64,000 nucleotides of DNA from Octopus sinensis (GCF_006345805.1 NC_043003.1:35588001-35652000), one strand, 5' to 3'; shown: positions 1-15,262, counted from the first letter of the stretch. Notes: generated from the letters alone by a model not told the origin. Numbers and translations: made by a program.

Positions 1-42
1 TCTCTCTCCCCTTCGACACTGGTCTATCTTTCTTTCTATTCC

Positions 43-235
<193 letters not shown>

Positions 236-249
236 TATCTATGCTTATA

Positions 250-508
250 CTTACACTTACACATACATATATACATATATACATGCATGCGTACATACAT
301 GCATGCGTACATACATGCATACATGCGTGCATACATGCATAAATACATATATACATATGTGTGTATGTACCTACATATATATATGTATGCATATTTATAT
401 AGATGTATATATATATGTATATATCAGCATACAATTATTTACATGCATACATACAAAAGCACGCACACAGAAACACACACAGAAACACACAGAAATACGT
501 GCGCGCAG

Positions 509-549
<41 letters not shown>

Positions 550-640
550 AGTCTACGTACATATTTCCATCTACACATGTACACATAAATATATATATAT
601 ATCTATATATGTCTATATATCTTTCTATCTATCAACCCAT
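250..640. repeat. Compound (TA)/(CA)/(TACA) microsatellite field; similar fields recur throughout the window
   Basis: Direct reading; explains the Y/I/H/T-rich pseudo-ORFs. Confidence 0.9.
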
Positions 641-1029
641 ACTATCTCCCATCCCGGCAACAACAACATCCCGGTTAGGAAAAGCTTGAAAACACGCCGA
701 AGACAATCGTTTGCTGTCAGATCTGATTGGCAGTATTCGGACAAGCTGACTGTTTGAGAGCCCACTTGCTTCTAATGGTTTCTGTCAGGACTAATCACCA
801 ACAACTACCATCCATTTGCCTTTACTACTCTCTTGTTCTCAGAACTGCAATATTTTGTCAGAATATTTAAAACGCACCTTCTGAACATTTGTTTATTTTC
901 TTGTTTCCATTTTTGCTGTTATTCTTTTTCTCGTGCTCTTTCAAGACTCTAAACATTCTATGGCTCAAACCACATTTCTCTTATTCTTTCCTTCTCTTCC
1001 TTTTCCATCTATCTGTTTGTCTGTGTGTG

Positions 1030-1064
<35 letters not shown>

Positions 1065-2481
1065 ACACACACAAACACTCATATAGATATATATAACCAT
1101 ATGAATTTGTACACATGCATGTATATGTGTGTGTGTGTAAGCGGTTGTGTGTTTACGTGTATATATATATATATATATATTGTTACATAGATACATAGAT
1201 TGATAGATAGATAGATGTAGATATATGTATAAGTATGTACATATACGCACACATCTACGCTTATATATATGCATGCCTATATGGGGAGAGAGAGAGAAAG
1301 AATGAAAGAAAGAAAGAAGTGATTGTACATAATTTATATACACATAAGAAACATTTTATATGTCATATATATATATATATATATACATTCGTGCATTTAT
1401 ATATGTGTGTATGTATATATATATATACTTATATATATTTAGAGGGACAGAGAGAGATACATAATATAGATATTATATATGCATATCATATATATAATAT
1501 TTTGACGCATATTAGCACATGTATGTGTGAGTGTGTGTATGTGTGTGTGTATGTGTGTTGAGAATATACATATACATATACATATGTGTGTATGTATTCT
1601 CACACTTGTCTACATATACACTCTTACACACTCCTCAGATGCAAAGTCATGTAAACCATTTCAAATCAACATAACTCTACACATCAATACCATCAACTAT
1701 CATAAGATGTTTAATTTTATTAAAACTCATAGTTTTTTTCTTTACTTTTCCGTTTGCTTATATTTATAAATCTCTTTGTGTCTCTGTACCTCTTTTCCCG
1801 TTCTCTACACTTCATTATGTCTTTAAGTTATTAGATTTTTTTTTGTTCTGGTTCACCCAATCCCCATTCAACTACTTATACGCCCCATATACGTACAATA
1901 TTTTAAATATACGCATGTATGAATGCGTGCGAATATGCGCGAGTTAGTGTGTGTTTCTGTGTGTGTGTGTGTGTGTGTCTGTAAACGTGTTTGTATAAGT
2001 GCGAGCGCACGCACACATCTTTGAAGCATCAAACATGTATAATGAATACATTTAAATGTATATACGTATGCATGCATATGAATATATAGTGATATACATA
2101 CACTTATACAAATGTGGATTAATATTAGGACGTAGTAATGACATATCTTCTCTTCATATATATATATATATATATACACACACTCACACATATATATATT
2201 ATATATATATATATATGTATGTATATACACACATATATATATATACATATATATACATATATATATATATACATATATATATACACATTTGATTGTTTGT
2301 GTGTGTATGTGTGTATTTTGTGCGTGTATGTGTGTGTGTGAGTGTGTGTGGTGATTGCTAGTTCTTTGCAGGAAAAGAACACCTTTTCTATTGAGGACTA
2401 GCAAGTCCGGTTTTGGACTAACTAACCCAACTACAGATGCAATAAACGTATCTGTGGGTATCTTTCCCTCGACCTACATAG

Positions 2482-2532
<51 letters not shown>

Positions 2533-2535
<3 letters not shown>

Positions 2536-2712
2536 ACCTCGTGTGTACCGTTGGCGATTTTTTCCTCCGTCTTCCCTTCTCTGGATCTTTCCTTTTGCTA
2601 TGTTCTGACGAAGAGCTCCGCTCGAAACGTAAAACTCTCCTTCTTCCCTTCCTTCCTGAGCGTCCAATAATACTATATTTGTTCCACGTCCTCGCGTTGT
2701 GTTTTCTCTTTG
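2533..2712 (+). mobile_element. Penelope-like terminal-repeat fragment with a minimal hammerhead-like motif
   Basis: CTGACGA-A-GAGC-TCC-GCTC-GAAACGTA at 2605-2631; same layout as copies at 57543-57580 (-) and 48796-48832. Confidence 0.55.
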
Positions 2713-2732
2713 TGTTATCATGTTTGGTTTAA

Positions 2733-2779
<47 letters not shown>

Positions 2780-3433
2780 AGAGAGAGAGAGAGAGAGCGA
2801 GAGCGAAAGACAGCAGACAGACAGTTCATATAGTTATGTTGAACTTTAGGCATTAAGGGAAGAGGGTGAAATATATGGTGATGTGACGTGTAACAGATAC
2901 AAGAGAGAAAAGAAACAAGTATGCTGAGACTGCAGAATTAAATTCATGTGAATACATTGTTAGGGAAGTTGGAAACAAAGAAGGAGAGGAAGAGGGAAGG
3001 GAGAAGATATGAAGGGAGTGAAATGGGAGACGGGAGAAAAAGATGTTGAAAAGAGGAAAGAAGCCCGAATGGGATCGAAATCTCGAGTGGAGGAGAAACA
3101 GGTCGCTGAGAAACATACGTTAATGTGGACAAAATAGTGGCACGGAGTTGCAATGAAGTAGAAAGAAAATTGATACATATGTCAGCCTTACAAAATATAT
3201 TCGAAGTTCTTATTTTTTTTGTAATTTGGGACAGCAGGAAACAAAATGCTCTCCCTCTTTCCTTAACGTCTAAAGTTCAACATTGCTCTATGAACAATCG
3301 TCTCCGGGATTTTCTGTTTGCTTTCTCTCAAACTTTAGTAAAACCACTGACGAGAAGGAATGGCTTGCGTATCTGTATCTTGTTCTGTGAGTTTTATTAG
3401 TTGTCTGTACTTAATTTTCTTCACAGACACAGA

Positions 3434-3822
3434 CAAGGAGTGGCTGTGTGGTAAGTAACTTGCTTACCAACCACATGGTTCCGGCTTCGGTCCCACTGCG
3501 TTGCACCATGGTCAAGTGTCTTCTACTATAGCCTCGGGCCGACCAAAGCCTTGTGAGTGGATTTGGTAGACGGAAACTGAAAAGAAGCCCGTCCTATATA
3601 TGTACATATATATGTGTTTGTGTGTTTGTCCCCCCAACATCGCTTGACAACCGATGCTGGTGTGTTTACGTCTCCGTAACTTAGCGGTTCGGCAAAAAGA
3701 GACCGATAGAATAAGTACTAGGCTTACAAAGAATAAGACCTGGGGTCGATTTGCTCGACTAAAAGGCGGTGCTCCAGCATGGCCGCAATCAAATGACTGA
3801 AACAAGTAAAAGAAACAGAGTA
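3434..3822 (+). mobile_element. tRNA-derived SINE, family A (full length, internal TA/TG microsatellite)
   Basis: A-box TGGCTGTGTGGT, B-box-like GGcTTCGGTCCC, CORE-like segment, conserved tail GCTCCAGCATGGCC...GAAACAAGTAAAAGA; near-identical copies at 7845, 31296, 35525. Confidence 0.9.
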
Positions 3823-4443
3823 AAGAGTATATAAACTTCTGTTATATGTTTTTTTCAATTAACGGAATTGATAGGGGTACATACTTTGATGTTTTGTACA
3901 GAAAAGTGCCTATGAGACAACATGCTAGCTGTTGTTGTTACGAGTTACTTAACCGATAATTTATGGAATCGAATTTAATTCTGGCTGTGAAATATAAGTC
4001 AATTTATTTTTTACAGATGACCTTTGCTAATACTCAATATCATGCAGAGAAAACAGCATATCAACAGGGCATCACTTAAATGTGGTTCGATTGTAATAAA
4101 TTGTACCATATCATGGTACCTATTCGTGAATATGGGATGTAAAGTTAGAAGCACACGAATGTTACTCTTATAGACAAAGTACAAAACGTGAACACGAATC
4201 GATTGCCTTTCTGTTGTTAGGCCAACGACTTACCGACTTACTATCTTAATAAAATGCTATTTTGTATATAGCAAAAGCTTATTCAACTTAGGTTCTGTTT
4301 ATGAATGTTGTTGATTTAAATGTTTCACCTTATTTGGCCCACTTAAGCTAACTACACACACAAGGAGACAAGCCAGAAGCAATTACTCAATTTCACTGCA
4401 TATTTTTGTTGATATCATTTATATAAGTCACACAGCAAGTGAG

Positions 4444-4493
<50 letters not shown>

Positions 4494-5826
4494 TGCATAC
4501 ATACGCATATATACACAAATAGACATGGGAAGGGGAAAACAGAAAATGGTTGAGAGAGAAAGAAAGGAATTAAAGAACTTTGTGCTGAATCCATTCACTG
4601 TACAACGATTCCTACAACCTACCTATTTATTATCAAAATCAGCCAGAACATAATCAGTTAAACTGTCGGTCAATAACTCAATTTGACCTCTAACCGGAAA
4701 GCTAACGTTTAATGTGCGATATTAGTGGTGCTGCAGGGCAGAAATAGCAATAACAAACAGCCATTTAATGAACATATTAAAGATGTGATGGTGAAGAAAA
4801 TTTGCAATATTTGTGATGAAAGGGAAAAGTTGCTGAGTGAACAGAAAATAGAACTGTAACGTAGGGTAACGGTTATATTAAATACATATATGGAGGTACT
4901 AAGGCACACACAGATACACACATACACAAGTGAGGAGACTCGTAATGTCCAACATTATTTTATTGACTCTTGGGCTGCATATCTATCTCGGGATTGACCT
5001 GACATAGTAGCTTGCACTGGTAATTTTACCTCTCGTGCGTGGTGTTTCATTTTGTTGTTGACCCCGGTCAGTTTCGATAAAACGCGCCGGTGAATAAAGA
5101 CATTGTAACTGTTTCTAACATGAAGAATTATCCAGACACAGTATATCGAAGACTATATTTTTCAAGGTCACCCTCTTAATTTGAAACCAAATAAATAAAT
5201 AAACAAAAGTATGACATAAACTGAGACAGATGTTTGGCATTTTTATCTAGCAGGTCAAATAACCACGTCGAAGTAAATGTTCCTCCGCATGTGCAATAAC
5301 TTAGCAGCATTTCTAGTCGTAAATATAGTGAAATGGCCACCGCTACATAAGGAAACCCGGTCGCAGTATCGGTTTGCCGGAAGCATGCTTTTTCTCTGTA
5401 GCACTCTCCAGTGTGTAAGTATAAATTAACAGTTCATAATACTTGCATATCACACAGTCTTGATAAGTCTTCTAATAATTTGTAGAAAACAGTAATTGGA
5501 TTATAAAATATTCCAATATTTCATTCGATGTTTGTTCTAGAACTTAATGAATTTGGTTAAGACATGAAAGGTTTCACTCTTAAAACTACCATTTTGCTTT
5601 AAGCAATCTTATTGGAAAGTAGGAAAATAGAATTAAAAAGAAATTCCCATAGATTATATTCAATCATATCAAATCGAGCTTCCCCGTTTATACGTATGCT
5701 TTATACACACAAGAACACACAGAAAAATACTCACACGCATATACGCATATTTACGTATACATACACATATATATAATTCCCAAATATATATATATATGTA
5801 TATGTATATATACAGACACATATACA

Positions 5827-5862
<36 letters not shown>

Positions 5863-5995
5863 TACATACATACATATGCATATATGTATATATATATTTA
5901 TTTATATATACTACACATATATACGTAACCAGATTCAAAAAGTGATTTTTTTTTCATTTTGAAAAACGAACCATGATACGCACACAGACACACAG

Positions 5996-6098
<103 letters not shown>

Positions 6099-6560
6099 AA
6101 TCAAAAATATATAAACAAACGACATACGTATACAGAATTTAAAAAACAATATATATAATTTATATATATATATGTAGATATATATATAGATTATATATGA
6201 ATATATATATATGTACATATATGTAGATTACATATGAATATATGTATATATGAATGTGTGTGTATGTGTGTGTGTGTGTGTGTCTGTGTGTGTAGTGTTT
6301 GCACTTCTGCACACTTGACATAATATATCTATATTTGAATGCCTGCGTTCATATTTATGCTAACGTGTTTACGTATGCAAGTGATCATATGCGTGTGATC
6401 GTGTGAGATAGCTGGTGTTCGGGGATGTATGTATTTATGAATGAGTGTATATGTTTTATTCTATGATCGAATGCGCATATATCAGTTCTGCGACGTCTTT
6501 TTGATCGTTAAAAAAAATTCAGATAAGGACTCAAGAAATTCCAGAACATATTACTGAAAT

Positions 6561-6567
6561 TAAAATA

Positions 6568-6645
<78 letters not shown>

Positions 6646-6697
6646 TAATAATAAAAATAATAATAATAATAACAATAACAATAATAACAACAACAAC

Positions 6698-6757
<60 letters not shown>
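6561..6757. repeat. (TAA)n/(CAA)n trinucleotide microsatellite
   Basis: Direct reading. Confidence 0.95.
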
Positions 6758-6759
<2 letters not shown>

Positions 6760-7108
6760 AAAAAAATGACACTTCCTGCGGAATATTGATAATAATATAT
6801 TTATATTGGATTATATATATCGACTTCAGAAATTAAAATTTACCTGCAAGGAACTTCTTAAGGTTGAAAAAAAATTATCCGATAAAACTCTACGTTCTTA
6901 ACTCCCTTAGTCTTTTTTTAGAAGCAATACATACACTACCACATACGTGCACACAGCGCATACACACACACATATATACACACCTGTATGTATGTATATA
7001 TTTATATATATATATATATATATATATCTATATATATACATATATATATAATCTAACACTTTTACCTTCGTACATTTTTTCTTAACATTAATTCTCTAAA
7101 ACACAAAA

Positions 7109-7109
<1 letters not shown>

Positions 7110-7168
<59 letters not shown>

Positions 7169-7280
7169 ACTCCTTCTCTCACTCTCTCTTTCTCTCTCCC
7201 ACTTTCTCTTTCTCTCTCACCTCCCCTCTCTCTCACTGTCCCTCTCCCGTTTTCTCAGCTTCTATTTTTTCTCTCTTCTA
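7110..7280. repeat. (CT)n polypyrimidine microsatellite
   Basis: Direct reading. Confidence 0.9.
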
Positions 7281-7844
7281 AGTTCTTTGCACACATATTT
7301 TCTCACTTATAACTATACATTTCATTCTTCCGAAATAAACAACAAACTCTCTGTCAACTTTTATACATACAAATACACATTTATACGTGTAAGGATATAC
7401 CTATATTCTTTTTCTCTCCAGCAATCTTTCGCACGTCAACACCTAATCCTTCCCTTTATTTCTCTCATCGTGTCTTTTACGTACTTGTAACTCACCATAA
7501 CTCTAACTCTCTCCTCTTCTTTCGTATACTTTTTAACTAAGTCTCTCGGGTTTTCTTCGACACGCTTTGTTGTACCTATTAACTCATACTTTCTTATTCA
7601 GCAGTACAAACACAAGGGAAGTCTTGCAACTTTTCATTGGCTTTCGTACTTTCCCACGTATTTCTAGCTTCCACTTTACTCTGCTAAATAATTTTCTTCC
7701 CTGCATTCTTCTTCACACATTTTACACTCTTTCCATCGAGTTCTAAAATTTATTTACTATCACATATCTACGTAATTACTCTCACCGTAACATTTACGCT
7801 CCCTCAATCACATTCTTACGCCTTACTCTCATTCTGTTACACAG

Positions 7845-8023
7845 GCGTAGGTGTAGGAGTGGCTGTGTGGTAAGTAGCTTGCTTACCAACCACATGGTTC
7901 CGGGTTCAGTTCCACTGCGTGGCACCTTGGGCAAGTGTCTTCTACTATAATCTCGGGCCGACCAATGCCTTGTGAGTGGATTTAATAGACGGAAACTGAA
8001 AAGAAGCCCGTCGTATATATGTA

Positions 8024-8062
<39 letters not shown>

Positions 8063-8260
8063 TGTGTGTATAGGTTTGCGTGTCTCTGTTTTTCCCCCAA
8101 CATCGCTTGACAACCGATGCTGGTGTGTTTACGCAAAGGAGACCGATAGAGTAAGTACTAGGCTTACAAATAATAAGTCCTGGGGTCGATTTGCTCGACT
8201 AAAGGTGGTGCTCCAGTATGGCCACAGTCAAATGATTGAAACAAGTGAAAAAAAAAAAGA
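7845..8260 (+). mobile_element. tRNA-derived SINE, family A
   Basis: Same head, body and tail as 3434-3822; short deletion in the 3' body. Confidence 0.9.
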
Positions 8261-8700
8261 CAGTCACACATATCACATTTTTACTTTGCCTGACTGACGC
8301 GCTTACCACACTCATACGTACTTTCACTTTTACTCTTAAGATTTCATACTTACACTCGTATAAATCACCCTCGCATTTATACGTCCTCTCGTTTACACCA
8401 CACTGTCACACCTATTTCCAGAATGACAATATTTTACATTTCACCCCCATTATATTTTACTCTTCCGACTCCAAGTCTCCATGTGAAATCGCATTCGAAT
8501 CTTTCCGCTTATGCTTTGAATCATATCTTCCCACGGAGATTCGCGATTCGCTTGTTCCCACTCTCACACGCACACTTAACATTTCATGTTACGTTTGAGA
8601 GACTACCATGCCCTTTTGTTATGTATGTATGTATGTATGTATGTATGTATGTATGTGTATGTATGTATGCATGTATGTATGTATGTATGAATGTATGTAT

Positions 8701-9340
<640 letters not shown>

Positions 9341-9549
9341 TAGATACATACATACATACATACACACGTACATGCATAATATATATACATGTATATACCG
9401 ACATGTATCCATACATATAGGTAACAGCATTTATACAGTTTTCTTCTGCTTGCATTCTATCTTCATGACACATTTAAATCCATGCGATAAGTTTATTGTG
9501 TTTTGAAATCTAGTAAGGTTTCCTATTAGTAGAAAGTTTGCAAGATTTG

Positions 9550-12400
9550 TAAATTCATGAAAATACGTGTTGCAATTGTGCGCACGGTTAAAGATAAAAA
9601 ATATATTTCTATACTAAATACTCGAAGTTAGTCAGTTTATCAGATAACCAAGTGTAACACCTAATCAGACATCACTTTCTTCTCTGAAAAATATATGTAA
9701 AACCATTAGAAGCATAACTTCAATATTCAGAGCTATATATTGGTGAACGATTATAATAAAATTAATTCTCGATAGGATGTAATATATACTCTCATTTGGT
9801 ATTTTAATTTGAGATTCCCTAGTTTTAAAGCGAATATTAGTTAAATTATCTCCTCCACTAAAAGCATCCAGCACTTTAACAAATGTGCTCATGAAACCAG
9901 TTATAAAGTTTGAAATTCGCAATGAAACAAAGAGAATAGCTAAAGGTATAGCTGTCTTGATACAGTCGAGAAGCTGACTTCCCTCCTTGTGCTTTGCTGT
10001 CGTCCCATGGGAATCGTATCTAATTTCAAAGAATTACCCAACTATTCATTCTAAATTAAAATTTATGTTAATGGCTTCAAGATCGTTTAAAACGAGATAT
10101 TATATTTGATCTTAGTTTTGCCTCCGGTACTGTTCACATGCACGAAATTTTCACGTCTAATCTGTTTTTCTCTGATTAATCATGATTGCGAGTTCACCAG
10201 GTAAAAATATTTTTGTCCCAGTCGAAGCAGTACAACCCGACTATACTATTACTATCAACCCACACAAATGTGAATCAATATAACACGCCGACAGTACTGA
10301 ACAGCTTTCTACACAAGCACTATTTGAAGTGCAGGCAGTGTCCCCAGTTTCAATTCAATGGGGGAAATCTGAGTTACAGGGCCGTCAAAATTTTGGTTGC
10401 CTTCGTGCTACTTATTCCCCAAAGAACAATACACGAATCCTTCGTCCAATATCATTCGTTTGCGATTTCAACCCCACACTGCAAGCAAATTTCACAACGA
10501 ATACTATCAAATTTCTAGACGAATCCGTCTCTCTAATTATCTACTATATTCCGAAAAGGAGCTGTTTACTGATATATGTTTCGGTTATTATCTCAGTACT
10601 CTATATATTTCCCGAACTCTCTCCATAGACAACTAAATTTTTAGACTTCTTTTCTCTCAACATTTTGTCTTTAAAACAGTTGTACAAAATTATGTTTCTA
10701 GACATAATTTTCCTTACTGTCAGCACAGTTCTAACAAAATCTTTACTGAACTTCTCTCTGTTAGCTCAATCTATTTCTCCCCTTTATCCCCTCAGTTTAC
10801 TTGTGTGTTCATCTGTGTTGATATTTATATGTAATTATTCATTGTTCTCTTTGCTCTGCTCTCTCCTCTCTCACCTGGCCTAGCAGTCTTCACTTCCTCC
10901 CAGACTCTAAGGACTTTGCTCTTGCTACAAACTTTAATCACTTCCCACTAACATATTACTACCTTCCATAGTATTCGCTCATTCCGTCACTATTATTTCC
11001 CACTCTATCTAATCTCCGATTTCGTACCACTCTTTTCCTTCTCCAAATTTCTCATCCAAAATTTTGCGACCCTCTTGATGACGTTTCTGCATTTTTTCTT
11101 TTTGGAAAACAACTTTGCCCCAAACGTTACAAGTTTGTCGCATGAAACCAAACAAATCACAATTTGCATTTTCTTTTTTTTTTTCTTGAATAGATGAAAA
11201 CCTATAGAAAAGAAATAGGTACGTTCCCCAACATCACAATGAGCAACCATATTGAAAGATAAACAGTATAAATGATTATCTCTTACTTGACTATTAGACT
11301 TCTAAGTTCGAAATTATCAATGCAAATTTTGAAATTTGGTTTCGATAGTGAATACGAGCCAATATTACATACAGGAAATTAGCCGCTATTTCCAGCAGAT
11401 CAGTTGACAATAAGAAACAATTCCTTAGATGTTCAAAATAGTGGAAGATGTCGCTCCTTGTTCTTTGTTGTTCGAAGTGGCAAGCTATTAGTTTGAACAT
11501 AGGTTTTCGTTTCACTTGATCTTTAAAATCAGCAACAGTTAACCAATATCGGAAAGATTCACAGAATAGATTGAATTTACCCCGAGGTTCAATTTTACCA
11601 AGTGGGAAAAAACTGCCAATTCTTGATTTTGTATACTTATTCCAATTAATATTTAAAAAATCAAAAGTTGAGAAGAAAACTGATGTACACCTGCTCTAGA
11701 GTTGTTTCCCTGTTGTTGGGAGGCGTTTCATGAAGTGAGGTAAAAGAGTGTTGACCAGTGGAAGAGTGGATTCTACTAAAGATACCCGAGCTTCCGGGTG
11801 TTGGAGTTGGAATATTTCAATTTTGATCCTGATATTCAGCAATCGTTTTAAAGTTGTAACAGTTACTGCGGAATACCTACTTTGCCTCACTGAAAATAGC
11901 TTCAAATCGGGGGTCAATATACATACGTAATCGTCGGCTAGTGATCAAAAACATTGACCAACCTATTTTTCGTGTTATATATTACTGCATAGAGAGATGA
12001 CTAACTGTACGTTCAGATTTGCTTGGTCCAGCCATATCACTGAAGAACCTTCACATGCAGTTAAACCTACATAATAATGAAAAAAATATGCTCATCTTGA
12101 ATGAAAATTCCATAGTTTTAAATCTCAGGTTTGATATATTCGGTACTTGTAAAAAAATCTTTAACACCATATAAACACTATTGACACTTGATATCGATTT
12201 TGATTTTAGCTGGATAAAAAACAGCATTAACTGTCTTTATTAGCTGATTTGATTCTCTTTTTCAAGAATATTGTCACTTCCGGCTATTTTGCTATTCCAA
12301 CCAAACAACAACCACTTTGCATTAATTCGTGCCGTTAGAAGATAAACGTTCTATTGAACCAGGGTAAATGTCTTTTCACGCTAAATCAAGGATTTATTAA
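9550..12400 (-). mobile_element. Heavily decayed L1/Tx1-like LINE; APE endonuclease part best recognised at about 11690-12350
   Basis: Minus-strand ADDYVCILTPDLKLFS...LKRLLNIRIKIEIFQLQHPEAR resembles the L1 EN GDFNC.L.P.LD...D.WR..HP..R motif; downstream RT similarity is weak and boundaries are approximate. Confidence 0.45.
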
Positions 12401-13184
12401 TGCAAATTCCCTTTACTTTGCGCAGATTCGCTTTCCTTTATGCTGGGTCATTACACATTCACTTCAAGCCCATTTTAATTCATTTTAAATTCACCATTTT
12501 AATCCATCTTGTTTACAATCTATTCTTAATCCCCTGATTAAGAATCGATTGGAATGAAATTATTTGCCTTATTAATTTTTGAAAATTCTATGTCTTTATA
12601 CATTTTTTTTATCATTATATTTCTATTTTTTACGAATAGCCATTTGTAAAAATCTATAATTATTTATCTCATATATTTTATTACTTACCTTTTCTACAGC
12701 TCATAAACATATGCTTTAACATCTATATATGCTCAAAAACTATCATCAGGCATTTCTGTTTTCTTTATCCATCACCATTTCAGCTCAGTTCTTTGTTCCA
12801 TGGCATTAATCATATTATTCATCCCTGTTTTGTTAATATGCATTATCATCCTTAGATTCCAACGGGTATAATTATTTCTTCAGTGTGCAAATGTGCGCGC
12901 AGAAATGCATGTACATAGATGTATGCGTGTCAAAAATGTGCAAGAAATTGTACGCGCACGTGTGTTAATGTGTTTGTATGGAAACGGGTTAAAGAACAAG
13001 AGTGAGCAAAACATGATTGGTAAAGTTTTTATTTATTTATTTATTGTATTTGCCCTCTAACAACAAGCCAAAAACGTAAAATACATCCACAAAGGCTCTG
13101 GCACGAAACGGCAGAATATGATGCTATTCCATCTACAATTAAGAAATAGCAAAATATTTCAATTTTTTCAACATATTATGGCGG

Positions 13185-13276
<92 letters not shown>

Positions 13277-13294
13277 TATATAGATAGATAGATA

Positions 13295-13347
<53 letters not shown>

Positions 13348-13683
13348 AGATATATAGATAGATATACACACACTTATACGCACACACAAACACAAACACT
13401 CAAACACATATATATGCATACACAGCACATACACATACATACGCGCGCGCACATACAAGCACATGCACACATTATTATGATTCAAGGTGCAGCAGTGGCA
13501 GAAACGATTGGAGGCAGATGCAAATGTGGCCGTGTGGTTAGAAATCTGTTTCCCAACCGCATGGTTTACGTCTATGTCACACTGCATCATACATTGAGTA
13601 ATTGGTCCAAACGAAACCTGGTGAATGGACATGCTAGATGGAAGCTAAATGATTCGCGTCATATACAAACATATATATACATA

Positions 13684-14225
13684 CAGGGGTTGGACTAAAT
13701 AATGGAAACGCCATAAATTTTCAAGCAAATATATTTTAATATGGGGTAGGGCTGACTTTGGCAGTAATTACAGTTTGAATTCTACGGGGTATGGACTCGT
13801 ACTAAGTTTGAATTGTTTCCAGAGGAATTTTGTCCATTTTTCAGCTAACACAGTCTCCAATTATTGTAGTGATGATGGTAGAAGATATCGACTCCTTACT
13901 TGTTTTTCTAAACTGCACCATAAGTGTTCAATAATATTGAGATCTGGTGACTGTGGTGGGCAGAAAATATCTTCAACTAGAATGTTCCTCATGTCATTCA
14001 GTAACAACATTAGCTGTTTGAATTGGTGCATTATCATCCGGAAAGATTGCGTTACACTCCGGAAACAGTTCCGCAACCATAGGAGGAATTTGAACAGATA
14101 AAATGCTTATATATTAATGTTGCCATGAAGGGAAACCATTGGGCCGGTGGATTTCCAAGATATAGCCACCTACCACCAGATCATCGCGGATCTTCCGCCA
14201 TGTTTAACAGTTGGAAGAAGACAGT
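13684..14225 (-). mobile_element. Tc1-family DNA transposon, 3' half with right terminal inverted repeat
   Basis: Transposase motifs PTVKHGGRSAMIW, DDNAP and PPQSPDLNIIEHLW across frameshifts; TA then CAGGGGTTGGACTAAATAATGGAAAC terminus at 13682. Confidence 0.88.
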
Positions 14226-14249
14226 ATTATATGTATTTCTAGGTTTGCG

Positions 14250-14720
14250 TTTGGGCATCTGTCGTGTGTGAATAGATAATTGAAAAAATTGGAGTCGACA
14301 AGAAGGGTACGGTTGGACATTTATTTTTTAATCACTACAATTGTTTGCACGCAACATAGTTCTCCAGATGTGCAGGTACTTGATTAAGAAACTATTTCCC
14401 TGCATAATGAGATCTAGTTGTGTGTCCTCAGGTGATATGTAAATATTGTCTCTGTAAATTTAAAATCCTCGGCTTCAAGAACATTCTATCTCTCTGTCGT
14501 GGCCTTAATTTAGTAGTAGTGACAAAGCCTATCAGGGTATGTTGTTGGTGAAGGCCGTTGCAAACTGCTTTGAATGCGTAAATGTAGTGGGATGGTGATT
14601 CTCGTACTCTTAAAGTGGTTGCCATTTTAAAGAGATTGGTATTTTATTTCTTTGTAATGTTGATTTGTTCTTCATGGTTGGTTACACATATGATTCTCCT
14701 TAGCTGGCCTTTAAGATTCA
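14250..14720 (-). mobile_element. Probable Penelope-like 3' end (decayed GIY-YIG tail plus decayed hammerhead-like motif)
   Basis: Minus strand CTGGAGA...AAACAATTGTA with palindromic ACAATTGT; weak FTETIFTYHLRTH similarity to GIY-YIG C-termini. Confidence 0.35.
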
Positions 14721-15019
14721 ACACTCGAACACAAACACGCATATATGCGCGCGCGCACACACACATATATATACATTCACATACATACATATATATAAAA
14801 TCTACACACACATATACATATGGATATATACACACGCTCACATATATGGATATGTACGCGCACTCACGTACATATAAGCACACCTACACTCGCTCGCATA
14901 TATATACACAGATGCTCGCGTGTGCATACACACACTTACACACATGTATACATATCTACTTACACACACACACACGCACAATCACTCACACCATACATAT
15001 AAACATATATATTCACTCA

Positions 15020-15262
15020 CAAATTTTTGAAAAATCTTTGAAAATTTTTTGATAATTTACTCCAGAAAGTTAGAATTTTTTTTTTTAAATTTTCCCCAAC
15101 ATTTTTCAGAAACTTTTTGAAAAATTTTTGAAAATTTCCCTGAAAAATTTTCCCCAAAATTTGAAAAATTTTTCGGGAAAATTTTCAAAAACTTTTCCAA
15201 AAATTTTCAAAAATTTTTCGGGAAAATTTTCAAGAAGTTTTCAAAAATTTTTCAAACTTTTT
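15020..15262. repeat. Degenerate roughly 11-bp minisatellite of phased A-tract/T-tract units (GAAAAATTTTT-like)
   Basis: About 20 consecutive AAAATTTT-type units read directly. Confidence 0.85.

Noticed and set aside
4730-4855. Open segment GRNSNNKQPFNEHIKDVMVKKICNICDEREKLL
   Set aside because: Weak splice sites, short, and no recognisable family.
5390-5420. Acceptor plus GTAAGT enclosing 13 nt on the plus strand
   Set aside because: Such pairs are expected by chance in 64 kb; no supporting context.
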